The notes below the pieces were generated by a model. It was not told the DNA's origin. It worked only from the letters and a program-made list of their open reading frames with translations, and searched no databases. Shown piece after piece: positions 19,698 through 30,583 of a stretch of 64,000 bases of DNA. The DNA is taken from IMG/VR virus record IMGVR_UViG_3300009008_000005, positions 32,001-96,000 of that record; one strand, given 5' to 3'. The stretch is from a virus. A program made the translations under genes and the position numbers. Position 1 is the first letter of the stretch; every line of letters starts with the position of its first letter.

Positions 19698-22600
19698 GCT
19701 CCATAGGAGAGGCGGACCAGCTTCCTGTAGTGGTGAATCCCACTTCAGACAAGCTGCCGATGTAACGGAGGATTGCCTCATGGCGTTCCTTCCTCGGATC
19801 CAGGTCGCCTGGGATCCGCCTCTCCTCACCCTCACCGTCGTACATTCTTAGCTTAGGGTGGTCGAGGATCACCATAGGGTTGTACGAACCACAGGCCCTA
19901 CTATGGAATCCTTCCTCCGCAACCGGGATAGCATTCACACCATCAGTGAATACAGGTGCTGCGGCGCTTCCTTCATCGGGTGTGGTCTTCGTTGCGATGG
20001 GTTGTCTGTACGGGGGACCGAAGATGTCCTCGAAGGTAGCGACCTCCCGCCCAGTGAACTCCCTCACGAACTCGTACAGGAGGCTCTTGTCCCCTGTGGT
20101 CTTGTGCTGGATGTACTGCTTTATTACGTTCATGGCGGACTGCTTCATCGTGAAGCCTCCCATGATGTCCTCCACGAAACGGAGCACCTTGGGTGCCATC
20201 GAGTCATCTGCGCCCTTGAGGAGAGGTATGGGACCCTCCTCCGCCGTGTACAGGGAGAACCACTCAGGATGCGTCGCTAGTTGCCTTACGTACCCGATGT
20301 AGGTGTCAAGTGAGAAGTTGTCGAGCCTATCACAGATGCTGCTGCAGCCGAACATGTTCTGGTAAAAATCCTGCCCGATGCGGAGGTTTGTGAACGTGGG
20401 GCCCATCCAAGGTGGCCGTACGATGTACTCGAAGGGTACGTCTAAAGTCTCCTCCACGTAGATCGGCTTCTTCTCAGTGATCCGCATCTTGGCGGTACCA
20501 CTGGTCAACTCCATGACCTGCCTGTTGTCTTTGGTCACGTAGTCCCCTGTGAGAGCACCTGGGCCGCAGCCGGGATTCTCCGGGTCTATCCCCACGTCTA
20601 GGAACTCCATGGACTCAATCTCATGGCCATTAGGCCCAATCCACTTGTTCCCCCGCTCCGTGACCTTCACCTTCGCCTTGGACCAGGTCCCATCACTGGA
20701 CTGTGAGGAAGCGATGTACTGCGCAGCCCCTACAGGATTTCCCTTGTCGTCTCTGTAGGTATCCAACTTGTCGTTGAACTGCTGCTCGGAGACGTTGGCT
20801 ACGTGTTTCTTCTCTCCTGCTGGGGTCCCCTCTGGGTAGGAGTGGCCTTCCTCGAAGGAAGGTATATCCACAGAGGTATCCGTGATGGAGGGGTCCATCA
20901 GCACACCATTGAGCATTACTTGTGTGACAGTCTCAACAGTCTCGTGACCCACGACACGTCTAATCGTAGGACTGGTAATTCCAGGTATCTCTTCTTTCGT
21001 CGGGAACCATACGTGGGAAACCACATAGCTCGTAACACCACCTTGCTGACTGATCGAGTGCGTCACAGAGGCAATCATCCCTGAGTAAACCATAGGGAGA
21101 TTCTCTGTCTTCAACTGGTCTGCGAACTTCCCTAACTGCCCCAGTGTCGAGGCGGGGTCGTTCGTCATGTTCCGGACTAGCTCGTCACAGTCCTCCAGAC
21201 CCATGGATTTCAGGGCCTGCTCCTGAGTGGCTGTAGGCATCTTCGGGAGGATCAGCGTAGGCATACCCGTGGCGATCGTGGGGTTGAACCTACCCTGGAT
21301 GTTCAAGGAGCGGACTCCTAGCCGAGCCTTCAAGAAGAGGAAGTTCGCCATCTTCTGCATGTACCCGACCTTGGTGGAGGTGATCAGGTTCTGGTCGCTC
21401 TTCTCCTTCTTCAAGTCCTTCTGGATACTCTGGTAGGCTGGCGCATCCATCATCTGGTCAATGATCGGCACGATCCCGGTGAACTTCTCGTGAGGGAACA
21501 GATAGGTCTCCCCCTTCTTCGTCTTCTTGGACGGGTCCATTCCGAACAACGCCTCGATGTCCGGGGCGATATACGTGGACTTATGGCTCTGCTGGACTCC
21601 CTTGCCGTCCCACTCCTTCCTTGAGGTCAGGTGCAGCCTTGTGGTCTCGGCCAAGTAGTTCCTGGACATGGACAGGGATACAATGTGCTCTGGGAAGAGG
21701 ACGTTGCATCGAGGCGGTGGGCACAGGAAGATCTCAGGGTTGAATACATGCGTGTAGAGTCTAGGCAGTTGTAGGACATCTACACGAATCTTCTTCGAAG
21801 ATGTCTTCGTGGCTCTGCGCTTGTAGGCATCGATAGCGGAGTTCGTAGCATCTTTTAGATGCTGTGCAGATATGTTATCGATGTTCGGATAGTAAGGCTG
21901 CTCGTTCGAGCCCATAAGGACAGCGGTTCCTGGTGGATACGGATCAGACTGGGCAGTCTCTTTATGGGTCATAGAGGCCAGCTTATCAATAACCTTCTGC
22001 TCCTCATAAGCTGCCTGAGCGAAGTCCTTATCCTCCTTCAATGCGTCTACTTCAGGACTAACGCCCCCCGGGGAGTCTTGGGAGTAGTCGTACTCCAACG
22101 AGGGGCCCAGCTTCGTGTGTGTATCCTGGTGGGCACGTACAGGGTCTACACCCGCCCTCTCCAGCTTGACGTGACTCTCACCCTTACCAGAGAGGATCTC
22201 GTCGGTTGCATCCCGGATCCCCTCCAGCCGCTTGATACGACGCTTCACAGCATCATTGTCAATGCGAGAGGATGAGCTAACAGTGACCTCGACATCCTCC
22301 ACCAGCTCTTGCTTGGCGAAGTACGGAGCGAGAACAGAGGCGTAGTTATGCTGGATCCTCTGTAGGGACATCGACATGACATCCCTGAAGGAGAGGGTGT
22401 TCGACCTGGCTGTGATCGCCTTCTGGAGCATCTTCTTGAAGCCATAACTCCCCAGGAGCTTCACAGCGGAATCATCCTTCCGTGCGGAGCCCAGCATCCT
22501 GGACATGTGGAGACGCAGCTCCGCCTGGCTGAAGAAGTCGTTCAGACCTCGGAAGGTCTTCTTACCTACGTAGACTCCTCCCATCGTCTCTAGGAGCAGT

Positions 22601-23124
22601 AGGAGGCCACCCATCAGACCTTCGACATCCGGGTGGCCCACAGACTTTCCGGTAAGCATCCTGAGCAGAACATCGGCCGGACTACGAGAGGTCTTGGCCT
22701 GTCCATAGTAGGAGGCGGCTCCAGTGAAGGAAGCGATCTGTGTCTGGGATCCAACAGAGCCTTGTGTCTGTGTCGTGGTGAGACCATCGTCAGTCTTACC
22801 AAAGAAGTTCAGGCGGGCCGTATCCCAGTAGGAAGAGAAGTCCAGGCACTTCAACACTGCAACACGCTGCGTGTGCGACTGCACATAGTCCACAGCTACC
22901 AGCTCCCCTGTGAAGAGGAGCCTGTACTTGTGTGGATCCGCATCGGAATCGAAGTAGAAGATGTGGACTAGGGAGCGTGGAAGGAGATCCATCACCTCGT
23001 CAGTAGGTACGATCTGAGCTGTCGCTGAGCCCGCAGTATTGATACCGCCCGTGCAGATAGCGGACACAACTGGGATCTCGATCCCTTCTACGGTGAGACG
23101 TATCTGAAGAGGTTTCGCTTCCAT
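19681..23124 (-). CDS. Large tail/baseplate hub-like protein (1147 aa)
   Basis: Size and position downstream of the tape-measure-like gene; N-terminal IRLTVEGIEIPV beta pattern. Confidence 0.55.
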   Translation of the reverse strand: MEAKPLQIRLTVEGIEIPVVSAICTGGINTAGSATAQIVPTDEVMDLLPRSLVHIFYFDSDADPHKYRLLFTGELVAVDYVQSHTQRVAVLKCLDFSSYWDTARLNFFGKTDDGLTTTQTQGSVGSQTQIASFTGAASYYGQAKTSRSPADVLLRMLTGKSVGHPDVEGLMGGLLLLLETMGGVYVGKKTFRGLNDFFSQAELRLHMSRMLGSARKDDSAVKLLGSYGFKKMLQKAITARSNTLSFRDVMSMSLQRIQHNYASVLAPYFAKQELVEDVEVTVSSSSRIDNDAVKRRIKRLEGIRDATDEILSGKGESHVKLERAGVDPVRAHQDTHTKLGPSLEYDYSQDSPGGVSPEVDALKEDKDFAQAAYEEQKVIDKLASMTHKETAQSDPYPPGTAVLMGSNEQPYYPNIDNISAQHLKDATNSAIDAYKRRATKTSSKKIRVDVLQLPRLYTHVFNPEIFLCPPPRCNVLFPEHIVSLSMSRNYLAETTRLHLTSRKEWDGKGVQQSHKSTYIAPDIEALFGMDPSKKTKKGETYLFPHEKFTGIVPIIDQMMDAPAYQSIQKDLKKEKSDQNLITSTKVGYMQKMANFLFLKARLGVRSLNIQGRFNPTIATGMPTLILPKMPTATQEQALKSMGLEDCDELVRNMTNDPASTLGQLGKFADQLKTENLPMVYSGMIASVTHSISQQGGVTSYVVSHVWFPTKEEIPGITSPTIRRVVGHETVETVTQVMLNGVLMDPSITDTSVDIPSFEEGHSYPEGTPAGEKKHVANVSEQQFNDKLDTYRDDKGNPVGAAQYIASSQSSDGTWSKAKVKVTERGNKWIGPNGHEIESMEFLDVGIDPENPGCGPGALTGDYVTKDNRQVMELTSGTAKMRITEKKPIYVEETLDVPFEYIVRPPWMGPTFTNLRIGQDFYQNMFGCSSICDRLDNFSLDTYIGYVRQLATHPEWFSLYTAEEGPIPLLKGADDSMAPKVLRFVEDIMGGFTMKQSAMNVIKQYIQHKTTGDKSLLYEFVREFTGREVATFEDIFGPPYRQPIATKTTPDEGSAAAPVFTDGVNAIPVAEEGFHSRACGSYNPMVILDHPKLRMYDGEGEERRIPGDLDPRKERHEAILRYIGSLSEVGFTTTGSWSASPMEPTSRE

Positions 23125-23125
23125 G

Positions 23126-24538
23126 CTACACCGGGAAAAGTCCGCCCGCCCCAGGGATTGTCATCCCGGAGAAGCCAGCAGAGAAGGTTCCTGTAAGCGC
23201 ACCAATACCAAGGATGACTCCCATACTCAAGCCTAGAGCGCCGAAGATCGCAAGAGTGAGTGGACCTGCCTTGCCTCCCATCGCCTTGATGAAGTTGTCC
23301 GGGGTGTAGAAGATCGAATACACCCACTGGGGGATACCCTCCTCAAAGGCGTACTGGTCAATGGTCTTCAGGAGCTTAGTCCCCCAAGCACCTACAGTCT
23401 TCCACCACTCCTCTACGATAACCTCCCCGGACAAGGAGTATGGACGACACTGGTCGTCCATGCCTACATTCATTCCTGACGCACGGGCGATCATTCTATA
23501 GATGGAGTCTGATGCGAACTCTCCGATCTGGCCGATGAAGTCCTTTCCCCTGGACTCCAAGGTATTGGTCTTACCCTGAGCGCCTTCGCCAATAATGGCC
23601 GCTACAGCATCAAAACTCCCTGCAGCCAACATGGAGCCTACGATACCTAGCTTGGCGAGCCTCTGCCTCTGTCGCATACCGATGGAGGAGATCATCACGG
23701 ACTTGCCGTTCGATACCTCAAGCTGCCCGGTGGGCATGTACTCCATGGCTCCACGGACACTCCGAGAAGGCTCCAGCTGCTCCATGATGTTGAAGCTGCG
23801 ATGCATACCAAGGGACACATAGTCCGAGACGAGGAAGGCGAAGTTGAAGTTCACGATGTCGGGCTGACCCGCAGTCTCCGAAGCTTCAGCGTTCAGGATA
23901 TACCCCTCTACGATGATATCGTCCCACCCGAAGTGAGCGGTAGCACCCATCTCGATGAGTCTAGACCCCCGCAAATAACGCTCATAATTCTCCCAGAACT
24001 GCGTGCGCCAGTCGAAGTCCCTAGAGTTGAACAGATGTCCGGTTACTCCAATGATCCTTGGTCTGGAGCCTGTGGCATAGAAGTAACCCTCACCGAAGGT
24101 CTCTACGATCTGGTACTTCTCTGCTCTCTGCTCGGTGACAGATGTGACGATGAAGTCCGTGTAATACTCTGACTTACCTAGGGACTTCTTCTCGCCAGGT
24201 GAGTCCTTCTGGTTGAAGGCGGGAGGCATCACTCCACCGATGCCATTGTACATCGGAATTGGGAGACCCTGCTTGTCATAGATACGGAGGAAGGCCACAC
24301 GCTTCCCCTTCATCTCTAGACCCCACAAAGGTCTACGGACGAACTGTGGACCAGGGTACTTGTCCCTCCAGGCCGGTCCCTTGGCCAGGGTGCAGTCCCC
24401 TCCACGGTCCCAGTTACCGAAGAGCTTCTCCAACAGGGTCTTCTTTGCGAAGGACCCAGCCTTCTTTACCTGGGAGGACACAAACATCTTCGGATTGTTC
24501 GCTGCTCCCTTTGGGATGCTGCCTAGAGAAACTCCCAT
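23126..24538 (-). CDS. Putative baseplate/tail-tube-initiator protein with C-terminal hydrophobic segment
   Basis: EQRAEKYQIVETFGE..RPRI..G.L.N..DF motif; position between tape measure and hub. Confidence 0.5.
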   Translation of the reverse strand: MGVSLGSIPKGAANNPKMFVSSQVKKAGSFAKKTLLEKLFGNWDRGGDCTLAKGPAWRDKYPGPQFVRRPLWGLEMKGKRVAFLRIYDKQGLPIPMYNGIGGVMPPAFNQKDSPGEKKSLGKSEYYTDFIVTSVTEQRAEKYQIVETFGEGYFYATGSRPRIIGVTGHLFNSRDFDWRTQFWENYERYLRGSRLIEMGATAHFGWDDIIVEGYILNAEASETAGQPDIVNFNFAFLVSDYVSLGMHRSFNIMEQLEPSRSVRGAMEYMPTGQLEVSNGKSVMISSIGMRQRQRLAKLGIVGSMLAAGSFDAVAAIIGEGAQGKTNTLESRGKDFIGQIGEFASDSIYRMIARASGMNVGMDDQCRPYSLSGEVIVEEWWKTVGAWGTKLLKTIDQYAFEEGIPQWVYSIFYTPDNFIKAMGGKAGPLTLAIFGALGLSMGVILGIGALTGTFSAGFSGMTIPGAGGLFPV

Positions 24539-24541
24539 CTC

Positions 24542-24754
24542 TTACCTCTTCTGCAGTAGCCGATCTTTCACGTCTCGGCTAATAGGGAGATCGTCGGCTT
24601 CGTCCTCTAGATGAAGGTAGAGGATCTGCTGCCTGACCAGGTGCTCCAAGGCCAGTTCAGGTGACGCCCCAATGGGGTAGAACCTAAGCTCAATCTCGGA
24701 GTCCGCCATGTGCGGCACATTGGCCACCTTCTCGTACGTAGATCTCTCTCGCAT
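24542..24754 (-). CDS. Hypothetical protein (70 aa)
   Basis: ORF fills the gap in the tail operon. Confidence 0.55.
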   Translation of the reverse strand: MRERSTYEKVANVPHMADSEIELRFYPIGASPELALEHLVRQQILYLHLEDEADDLPISRDVKDRLLQKR

Positions 24755-24761
24755 CTTACAC

Positions 24762-27700
24762 CTAGCGCTCTGACTTCATGTTGGCCATGATCTTGAGGGC
24801 AGCAGTGGCCCCCTCCACACCCTTCGTGAACTCTTCCATATCCGGTCCACCACCTGAGCCCTTGCCTGTTCCACCAGGCTTTTGGGTCATGGCAGCATAC
24901 TTCTCCATGAGCATCTGACCCTCGTCCCCGCTTACCTCTCCGTCCTGCATCGCCTTGTAGTACTCGGCTACGAAGGAGTTCGCACTGGAGTCCTCGTAGT
25001 TCATGGAGTTTAGCATTTGCTTCAGCTTGGAGGTCATGTAGTGGTCTACTTTACCCTCCTTGATCTGCTTCCCGAACCTCTTCTCGAAGCGCTGGTAGCC
25101 CTCTGCTCCGCCGAACATCTCTCTGGAAAGGGATAGATTATCCTTGCTGGACAAGGTCCCTCCACCCGACGTGAAGTTGGCGAAGTCCCCGTCCTCTGCT
25201 CCTGTAGCTCTACCCCACCGACCACGAAGTGTAGCCACCCTGCGAGTCATACCGAAGAAGGCCTCTGTACCCTCCGGACCACGCATAGCCCCAATGTCTT
25301 GGAGTTCGGGTAGGGGAATTGACGACAGCCGGTCGATCAAGCCTGTGCCACCCTCGTCCCCGAGGATATGCTCACGCCGCTGAGTCTGACTCATGAGCCA
25401 CCAGCCAACAGACTTCTTGATGTCATCGGACAGGCGTGCTCCCTGGCCACCACCTACAGCACCAAACTGGTTGGTCAATCCGGCGTTGTTCGCCCACCTG
25501 TAGGCCTCTTCCTTCACAGGCGCTAGGGCTGTCTCCAAGCGCTGCCGCACAGGGGCGAGCATCCATTTCTGAGACTCTACGAACCTAGCAGCGCCTGAAG
25601 CAGCCCCACCAGAGAACATCTTCTTTACGAAGTCCGGAGCATCTGCACTCTCTGCACCAAGGACTTCATTCTGCATCTGCTCTGCTAATGCATACCATCG
25701 AGGCGTCCCGGCCTTCTCGCCAGCGAGATGCATAGCTGTCTTTGACGTGTAAACACCTGGGAGGTTGCCCGTGCTGGCTATCCTCTCCATGTCCTCCATG
25801 TCATCTTCACCGATGCCTGCGGGCAACGCTGTCCTGGCGTACGCAGCGGGTCCGCCACTCTCCTCCCCCTTCAGGCCACCTATGTACCCTTCAATACCAG
25901 TGCCTGAGAATTTCTTCTGTAGGTAGTCAACGCCTACATTCCAGCCACGGGTTGCGACGTCGCCTGCCAGTGTCCCAAAGCTCATCTTACCGTCTTCAGC
26001 ACTTCGGACATCCTGGATGTTAATGAACCCTTCTTCGTCCATGAAGTTCCCCATATCCTCTTCGGCTACGCCAGCGGCTATGAGAAGTCCGTGCCTCCTT
26101 GCCTGTCGGGAGTCCCTGTACTTCCTATTAATGGACCGAGCGTCACGCAGGGTCACATCTGTTGCGTAACCCCCAACTCCCATCAGAGCAGCCATGCCTC
26201 CAAGGCCCCTCTTGGTGAACGCATCCGCAGCTCTACCATAACCAGATTCCCGCATGTTCTCTAAGAGATCCTCAGTCATGCGAGTCTCATACTCACCCGG
26301 TCGTAGGCCTCCGTACCTACCGCTGCTCCGCATACCTCCGACCATGCCCCTGATGGCATTGGCCTCTGCTGTGGACAGGTCGTCCTCCATAGTACTCATA
26401 GGCTCCAGGAGACCACGGGTTACGTCGTTGACTGCTTGGTTCGCTGTCTCTCTGGAGGAGAAACCAATCTGGTAACCACCCCCAGACGTATGGCGGGCTC
26501 CGGGCATCAAGTCACCAAGAGAGTCCAACCAGTTCTGCCTACCATAAGAAGTCTCTACGCCAATGTAGCTTCCCTTATTGGCTGGATCGTAGGATCCCAT
26601 ACCTGCATGGGAGAAGGCTTGTGTCATAGCCCCACCCCTGGAACCCTGCCTGAATCCTTCTAGGAGTCTCGCTGGGGCACCTACGACTTCTGGCTCGGCC
26701 CCAAGCACGTCTCCCGTGTAGGGGGCATTGCGCATTAGGTTCGGCATCACATTGAACGCCAGATCGCCTGCCATCAGATATGGGGCAGCACCACGGAGCG
26801 CCGTGGAGGCACCCCTAGCTAGCCACCCGGCACCCGACAAAGCGCCACCAGCGACCATACCCAGGCCACCACGACGCATCATGGCTCCCCCAAGAGCAGT
26901 CGCTCCATAGCCTGCTCCGTATGCAGCGGAGCGGCCACCGATGATCGGCATGAGTGAAGCTGCAGCAGCGGTGGTACCGGGATTCCACTGAGACGTTGCA
27001 AAGCCCGTAACTCCGCCGAACTCACCACCTCGCATTACTCTCCCAAAACCGGAGCCTGCGTAGGTATCAATAGCACTGCCGATCATTCCACCGGGGCTAC
27101 TAAAGGCACTATAAGGCGCTGCACCGAAACCTGGAGGTGCAGCGGGGAGCCCACCGTACAGGCCACCAGCCGCTCCTGTCTGGTATGCGTTCATCACTCC
27201 CTGGGCGACTGGGGCTACGCCTTGACCACCACCGACCAGAGACTCGACAGCATCGGCCGTCCAGTCCTGCATCTTGCCGAGAACATTCCTACCGAAGTCC
27301 TCTAGCTTACGCTCAATGGGACCTACGAAGGCCTCCCGCATCCGGGCTTTGATCGCATAGATGGATCCAGCCCTGGCACCTCTAGCGTCATCCATTCCCT
27401 TCTGCAGGGCTAGACGACCACGCATCTTGATCTGCCCCTGAAGCTCCGGACCGAACTCAGACAAGCTGTTCAGGATATCCATTTCCTGGGTAGGGATGTG
27501 CCCGAACATCTGCGTAAGGAGTTCTTCCGTCTCCGGCCTTCCACCACCACGAGCGCTGACCTTCCCACGTACCTGGCTGGCCCACCAGCCTGGGCCTAGC
27601 TGCTCATTCATCTGCCCAGCCAACTCCGTGGACCTTGCCCGCAGTAGCTGCCGTGCACCTGGGGAACGCATGTTCTCGTTGTAGGCCTGACCTACTTCGC

Positions 27701-28868
27701 TGTAGGACATCATGCTCAGGCGAGCTGCCTTCGTTGGATCGATAGCACCTGTCTCTGGGTCCAGAGCTGCGCCGAGGGCCCTTTGACCTAGACGGGTCCC
27801 TGAGAACCTCATCCCATATCCCATGAGGCGCTGAGCGAGCTGCGGTGCAGCCTGATCCATACCTACGCCACCGAACATGTCTCGGATCCGATTCGAATTC
27901 AGGAGACCCGAGTTGGCCCCTGCTGCGATCTGGGTAGTAAGGTCGGCCATGGCTGTGGCACCGTGGCTTCTGGACAGTCCAGCCTGGCTCCACATGTCCG
28001 CTCCACCGGACATTGAGTTCATCAGAGATTCGTTGGACATACCCACAGCAGAGGACAAGCCACGCACCGTAGCTGCTACCTGGCCAGCTCCTCCTGCCCC
28101 GTAGAATCCCATCCCCTTGATCTGCTGGGATACACTGTAGGCGTCCTGGAGGGATGTGTTGAAGGTGGTGGCTACCTGTCGGACTTCGTTTACTAGGGTG
28201 CGGAAGGTCTGGGCGAACTGCTGCATGTTGCCAGCGCCCTTGAAAGATCCTCCCTGCAGACCTGCTCCAAGAATACCTGCGATATCCCCGAAGCCTTCAT
28301 AAGGGCTCTGCGCAGCCATCCCCGAAATCATATTCCCGAGCTGCTGCTGACCGCCTACACCAGGAGCGGCCATCATCGGCATCGTACTTCTGTTCCAGGT
28401 GGATCCGATCATGTTGCCGAGGTTCTGCTGTTGCTGAACCCCCTGCATAACCTGCTCGGAGCCCCAGTTGAACATCTTCCCCGCAGCATAGTAAGGGAGC
28501 GCTGCCCCGAGACCATAACCTGCAGCGCCAGCTATACCAGCCTGCCCGAAGCCATGTCTGGCTGCTCCGAGGACAGTGCTGAAGGGATCCATAAACCTTG
28601 GGCCGAACCCGAAGCCTCCCGCCAGGGCAGCTGCCCCTATTGCACCTTGAGCCATTCCGGGCATCATCTGTGCGCCCTGGAAGGCTAGAGCATTCGAGAA
28701 TCTCGGATCGTACCCAGGAGCAGCACCCGAGATAGAGGCCTGAGACGACGGAGTCTTCCTCGTACCATATTGATCTGACAGGAAGTTTCCGTAGGACTGC
28801 ATCGAAGCAGCTTGCGACATCTGCTGCTGCGAGAGCCCCATGATAGTAGTGTGCGGAATGCCTGCCAC
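24762..28868 (-). CDS. Tape-measure-like protein (1368 aa)
   Basis: Long Gly/Ala/Met-rich helical ORF with GxxxG hydrophobic segments, upstream of baseplate-like genes; GTG start after GGAGGT. Confidence 0.7.
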   Translation of the reverse strand: MAGIPHTTIMGLSQQQMSQAASMQSYGNFLSDQYGTRKTPSSQASISGAAPGYDPRFSNALAFQGAQMMPGMAQGAIGAAALAGGFGFGPRFMDPFSTVLGAARHGFGQAGIAGAAGYGLGAALPYYAAGKMFNWGSEQVMQGVQQQQNLGNMIGSTWNRSTMPMMAAPGVGGQQQLGNMISGMAAQSPYEGFGDIAGILGAGLQGGSFKGAGNMQQFAQTFRTLVNEVRQVATTFNTSLQDAYSVSQQIKGMGFYGAGGAGQVAATVRGLSSAVGMSNESLMNSMSGGADMWSQAGLSRSHGATAMADLTTQIAAGANSGLLNSNRIRDMFGGVGMDQAAPQLAQRLMGYGMRFSGTRLGQRALGAALDPETGAIDPTKAARLSMMSYSEVGQAYNENMRSPGARQLLRARSTELAGQMNEQLGPGWWASQVRGKVSARGGGRPETEELLTQMFGHIPTQEMDILNSLSEFGPELQGQIKMRGRLALQKGMDDARGARAGSIYAIKARMREAFVGPIERKLEDFGRNVLGKMQDWTADAVESLVGGGQGVAPVAQGVMNAYQTGAAGGLYGGLPAAPPGFGAAPYSAFSSPGGMIGSAIDTYAGSGFGRVMRGGEFGGVTGFATSQWNPGTTAAAASLMPIIGGRSAAYGAGYGATALGGAMMRRGGLGMVAGGALSGAGWLARGASTALRGAAPYLMAGDLAFNVMPNLMRNAPYTGDVLGAEPEVVGAPARLLEGFRQGSRGGAMTQAFSHAGMGSYDPANKGSYIGVETSYGRQNWLDSLGDLMPGARHTSGGGYQIGFSSRETANQAVNDVTRGLLEPMSTMEDDLSTAEANAIRGMVGGMRSSGRYGGLRPGEYETRMTEDLLENMRESGYGRAADAFTKRGLGGMAALMGVGGYATDVTLRDARSINRKYRDSRQARRHGLLIAAGVAEEDMGNFMDEEGFINIQDVRSAEDGKMSFGTLAGDVATRGWNVGVDYLQKKFSGTGIEGYIGGLKGEESGGPAAYARTALPAGIGEDDMEDMERIASTGNLPGVYTSKTAMHLAGEKAGTPRWYALAEQMQNEVLGAESADAPDFVKKMFSGGAASGAARFVESQKWMLAPVRQRLETALAPVKEEAYRWANNAGLTNQFGAVGGGQGARLSDDIKKSVGWWLMSQTQRREHILGDEGGTGLIDRLSSIPLPELQDIGAMRGPEGTEAFFGMTRRVATLRGRWGRATGAEDGDFANFTSGGGTLSSKDNLSLSREMFGGAEGYQRFEKRFGKQIKEGKVDHYMTSKLKQMLNSMNYEDSSANSFVAEYYKAMQDGEVSGDEGQMLMEKYAAMTQKPGGTGKGSGGGPDMEEFTKGVEGATAALKIMANMKSER

Positions 28869-28934
28869 AGCTATACCTCCCGGAATCGTTCCCCCCTATT
28901 GTATAGGAGGTGGGCCCCGGGGAGAAGGGGTACC

Positions 28935-28949
28935 CATTTCTTCGAAATA
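28935..28949. repeat. Degenerate palindrome CATTTCTTCGAAATA abutting a promoter
   Basis: Two mismatches to consensus; followed by CGGTATAAG. Confidence 0.6.
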
Positions 28950-28987
28950 CGGTATAAGGCCGATGTACACCAAAAAGGAGGTACCTA

Positions 28988-29302
28988 ATGGGGCTCAAGA
29001 GAGCTAAAGGACCTGATGACGAACCTACTCTGACCTGTCCGAAATGCGGGGCAGAGGACGAGATCCTGCTTTACCAGCAAGAGAATGCTTACTACTGGGT
29101 TCTCGACATTGACTCCGATGGGTGGGCTGATACCGGGGACGCCTATCCCAAGTATTGGAATGTCGGAGATACACATTTCATCTGCAGGAGCTGTGATGCC
29201 ACCTTGATGGAATCGGACATCCTCAGAAACGGCGTGCCTATACGGGAGGAGATGGAAGATGCGCTAGATGACAACACCTGCTTGGGGAAGCCTAAGAGCT
29301 AG
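28988..29302 (+). CDS. Small Zn-ribbon protein (CPKC...CRSC)
   Basis: Own promoter and GGAGGT RBS; two CxxC motifs. Confidence 0.7.
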   Translation: MGLKRAKGPDDEPTLTCPKCGAEDEILLYQQENAYYWVLDIDSDGWADTGDAYPKYWNVGDTHFICRSCDATLMESDILRNGVPIREEMEDALDDNTCLGKPKS

Positions 29303-29778
29303 GGAAGGGAAGCCACCGGGGCCTTGAGCAGATCCGGATTCCGAAGTTCAAGCTCCTTGGCCATCACAGCCTGGGCTTTCTCTATGGAAGATAGGCGGTC
29401 GCAGTTGCTCTTCACTTCCTTCTTGATCTCAGCGGTATCCTCTTTCACTGTCTGGATAGCCTTTAGGTTCTGCTCGTGGTCTTCCTCTATGGCCTTGTGC
29501 AAGGCATCGAACTGCGCTATCTCGTGGTTCTTGTGAGAATCCAGGAGGTCCTTTACAGCACCAGCTTTAGCGGTACTAGTGGTCTCTGCCTGAGCATTCA
29601 CATAAGCCACGATAGCCCAGGTCGCTCCAACGAGAGCGATGGCTACAACGGCGAAAATCTGCCAGTGCGCTACTGGTATCCCTGTGCGGGCTTTCCTCTT
29701 CGATCTAAGCACGGGGACCTCCTTCACACTAGGAAATTGGTCAGTCTGTACTTCGTCCCGCATTGTAGTGTCCCTCAC
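29299..29778 (-). CDS. Single-TM coiled-coil membrane protein
   Basis: WQIFAVVAIALVGATWAIVAYV followed by a coiled coil. Confidence 0.65.
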   Translation of the reverse strand: MRDTTMRDEVQTDQFPSVKEVPVLRSKRKARTGIPVAHWQIFAVVAIALVGATWAIVAYVNAQAETTSTAKAGAVKDLLDSHKNHEIAQFDALHKAIEEDHEQNLKAIQTVKEDTAEIKKEVKSNCDRLSSIEKAQAVMAKELELRNPDLLKAPVASLP

Positions 29779-29832
29779 AACTAAGCATTTGCACGGCAGC
29801 GTAGAGTAGCTATAACAGGGGGTGGGGGATTC

Positions 29833-30492
29833 ATGTTAGAGAAAGCTCGGCTCTTCAGGTACGGTGATGCGGCTGAATTCCACACCAATGTCATATACCT
29901 ATCCACGACCGACTGCCTCCGCTACAGAACTTCAGAGCATCCTAAGCTTCACAGAATCTCAGGGCCCGCTGAAGGGCCAGTATGCACAAAGTGCCTAAAA
30001 GCACTGCATGTGCAGTCCGTTCACCTATGGAGTATAGACCCCAAAGGTAGGGACAGGCAAGTCGTCGACAGTGTAATCAACGACCTGGAGAATACAATGG
30101 GACCTAGAGAATTCCGAAGAATTCGGGCGGCTATCAGCCTCACACGAAAGCAACTTGCGGAGGTAACTGGACTTGCGTCGTCCACAATAGCTCGATATGA
30201 ATCGGGCTCCTTTGCAATCCCACGGGGCATCGCACAAGCAGTCATGGCTCTTGAAGGAAAGGTGAATCCTCCTACAGAACGATGGGCAGTTCTGACTGAT
30301 CACGAAATCTCCCAGGTGAATGAATCCGCTGGGTGGTACCGCCGTAAGAAGGGTTGGGTAGCTTACAAGTCCCAGGAGGATGCGGAGACGGCGCACGGCC
30401 TGAAGGGTGGGAACGTCGTCCAGGTCATCGTAAGGAAGTGTATAGAAGAATCCATCTTCCGTGAACGGTGGGATACCCTGAAATTGGCGTAG
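29833..30492 (+). CDS. XRE-family HTH protein with Cys/His-rich N-terminus
   Basis: FRRIRAAISLTRKQLAEVTGLASSTIARYESG. Confidence 0.75.
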   Translation: MLEKARLFRYGDAAEFHTNVIYLSTTDCLRYRTSEHPKLHRISGPAEGPVCTKCLKALHVQSVHLWSIDPKGRDRQVVDSVINDLENTMGPREFRRIRAAISLTRKQLAEVTGLASSTIARYESGSFAIPRGIAQAVMALEGKVNPPTERWAVLTDHEISQVNESAGWYRRKKGWVAYKSQEDAETAHGLKGGNVVQVIVRKCIEESIFRERWDTLKLA

Positions 30493-30583
30493 GCCCGGCT
30501 TAGAGCAGAGTGGGAATAAATGAAGACCTGGCCTGAAACGGCCAGAGGAAGAGGCCAGGCAGGAAGCCGGACCGGGGCCTACC

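Noticed and set aside
30493-30583. Purine-rich stretch with long overlapping ORF 30025-30585
   Set aside because: Antisense to a genuine HTH gene; no motif or RBS support.
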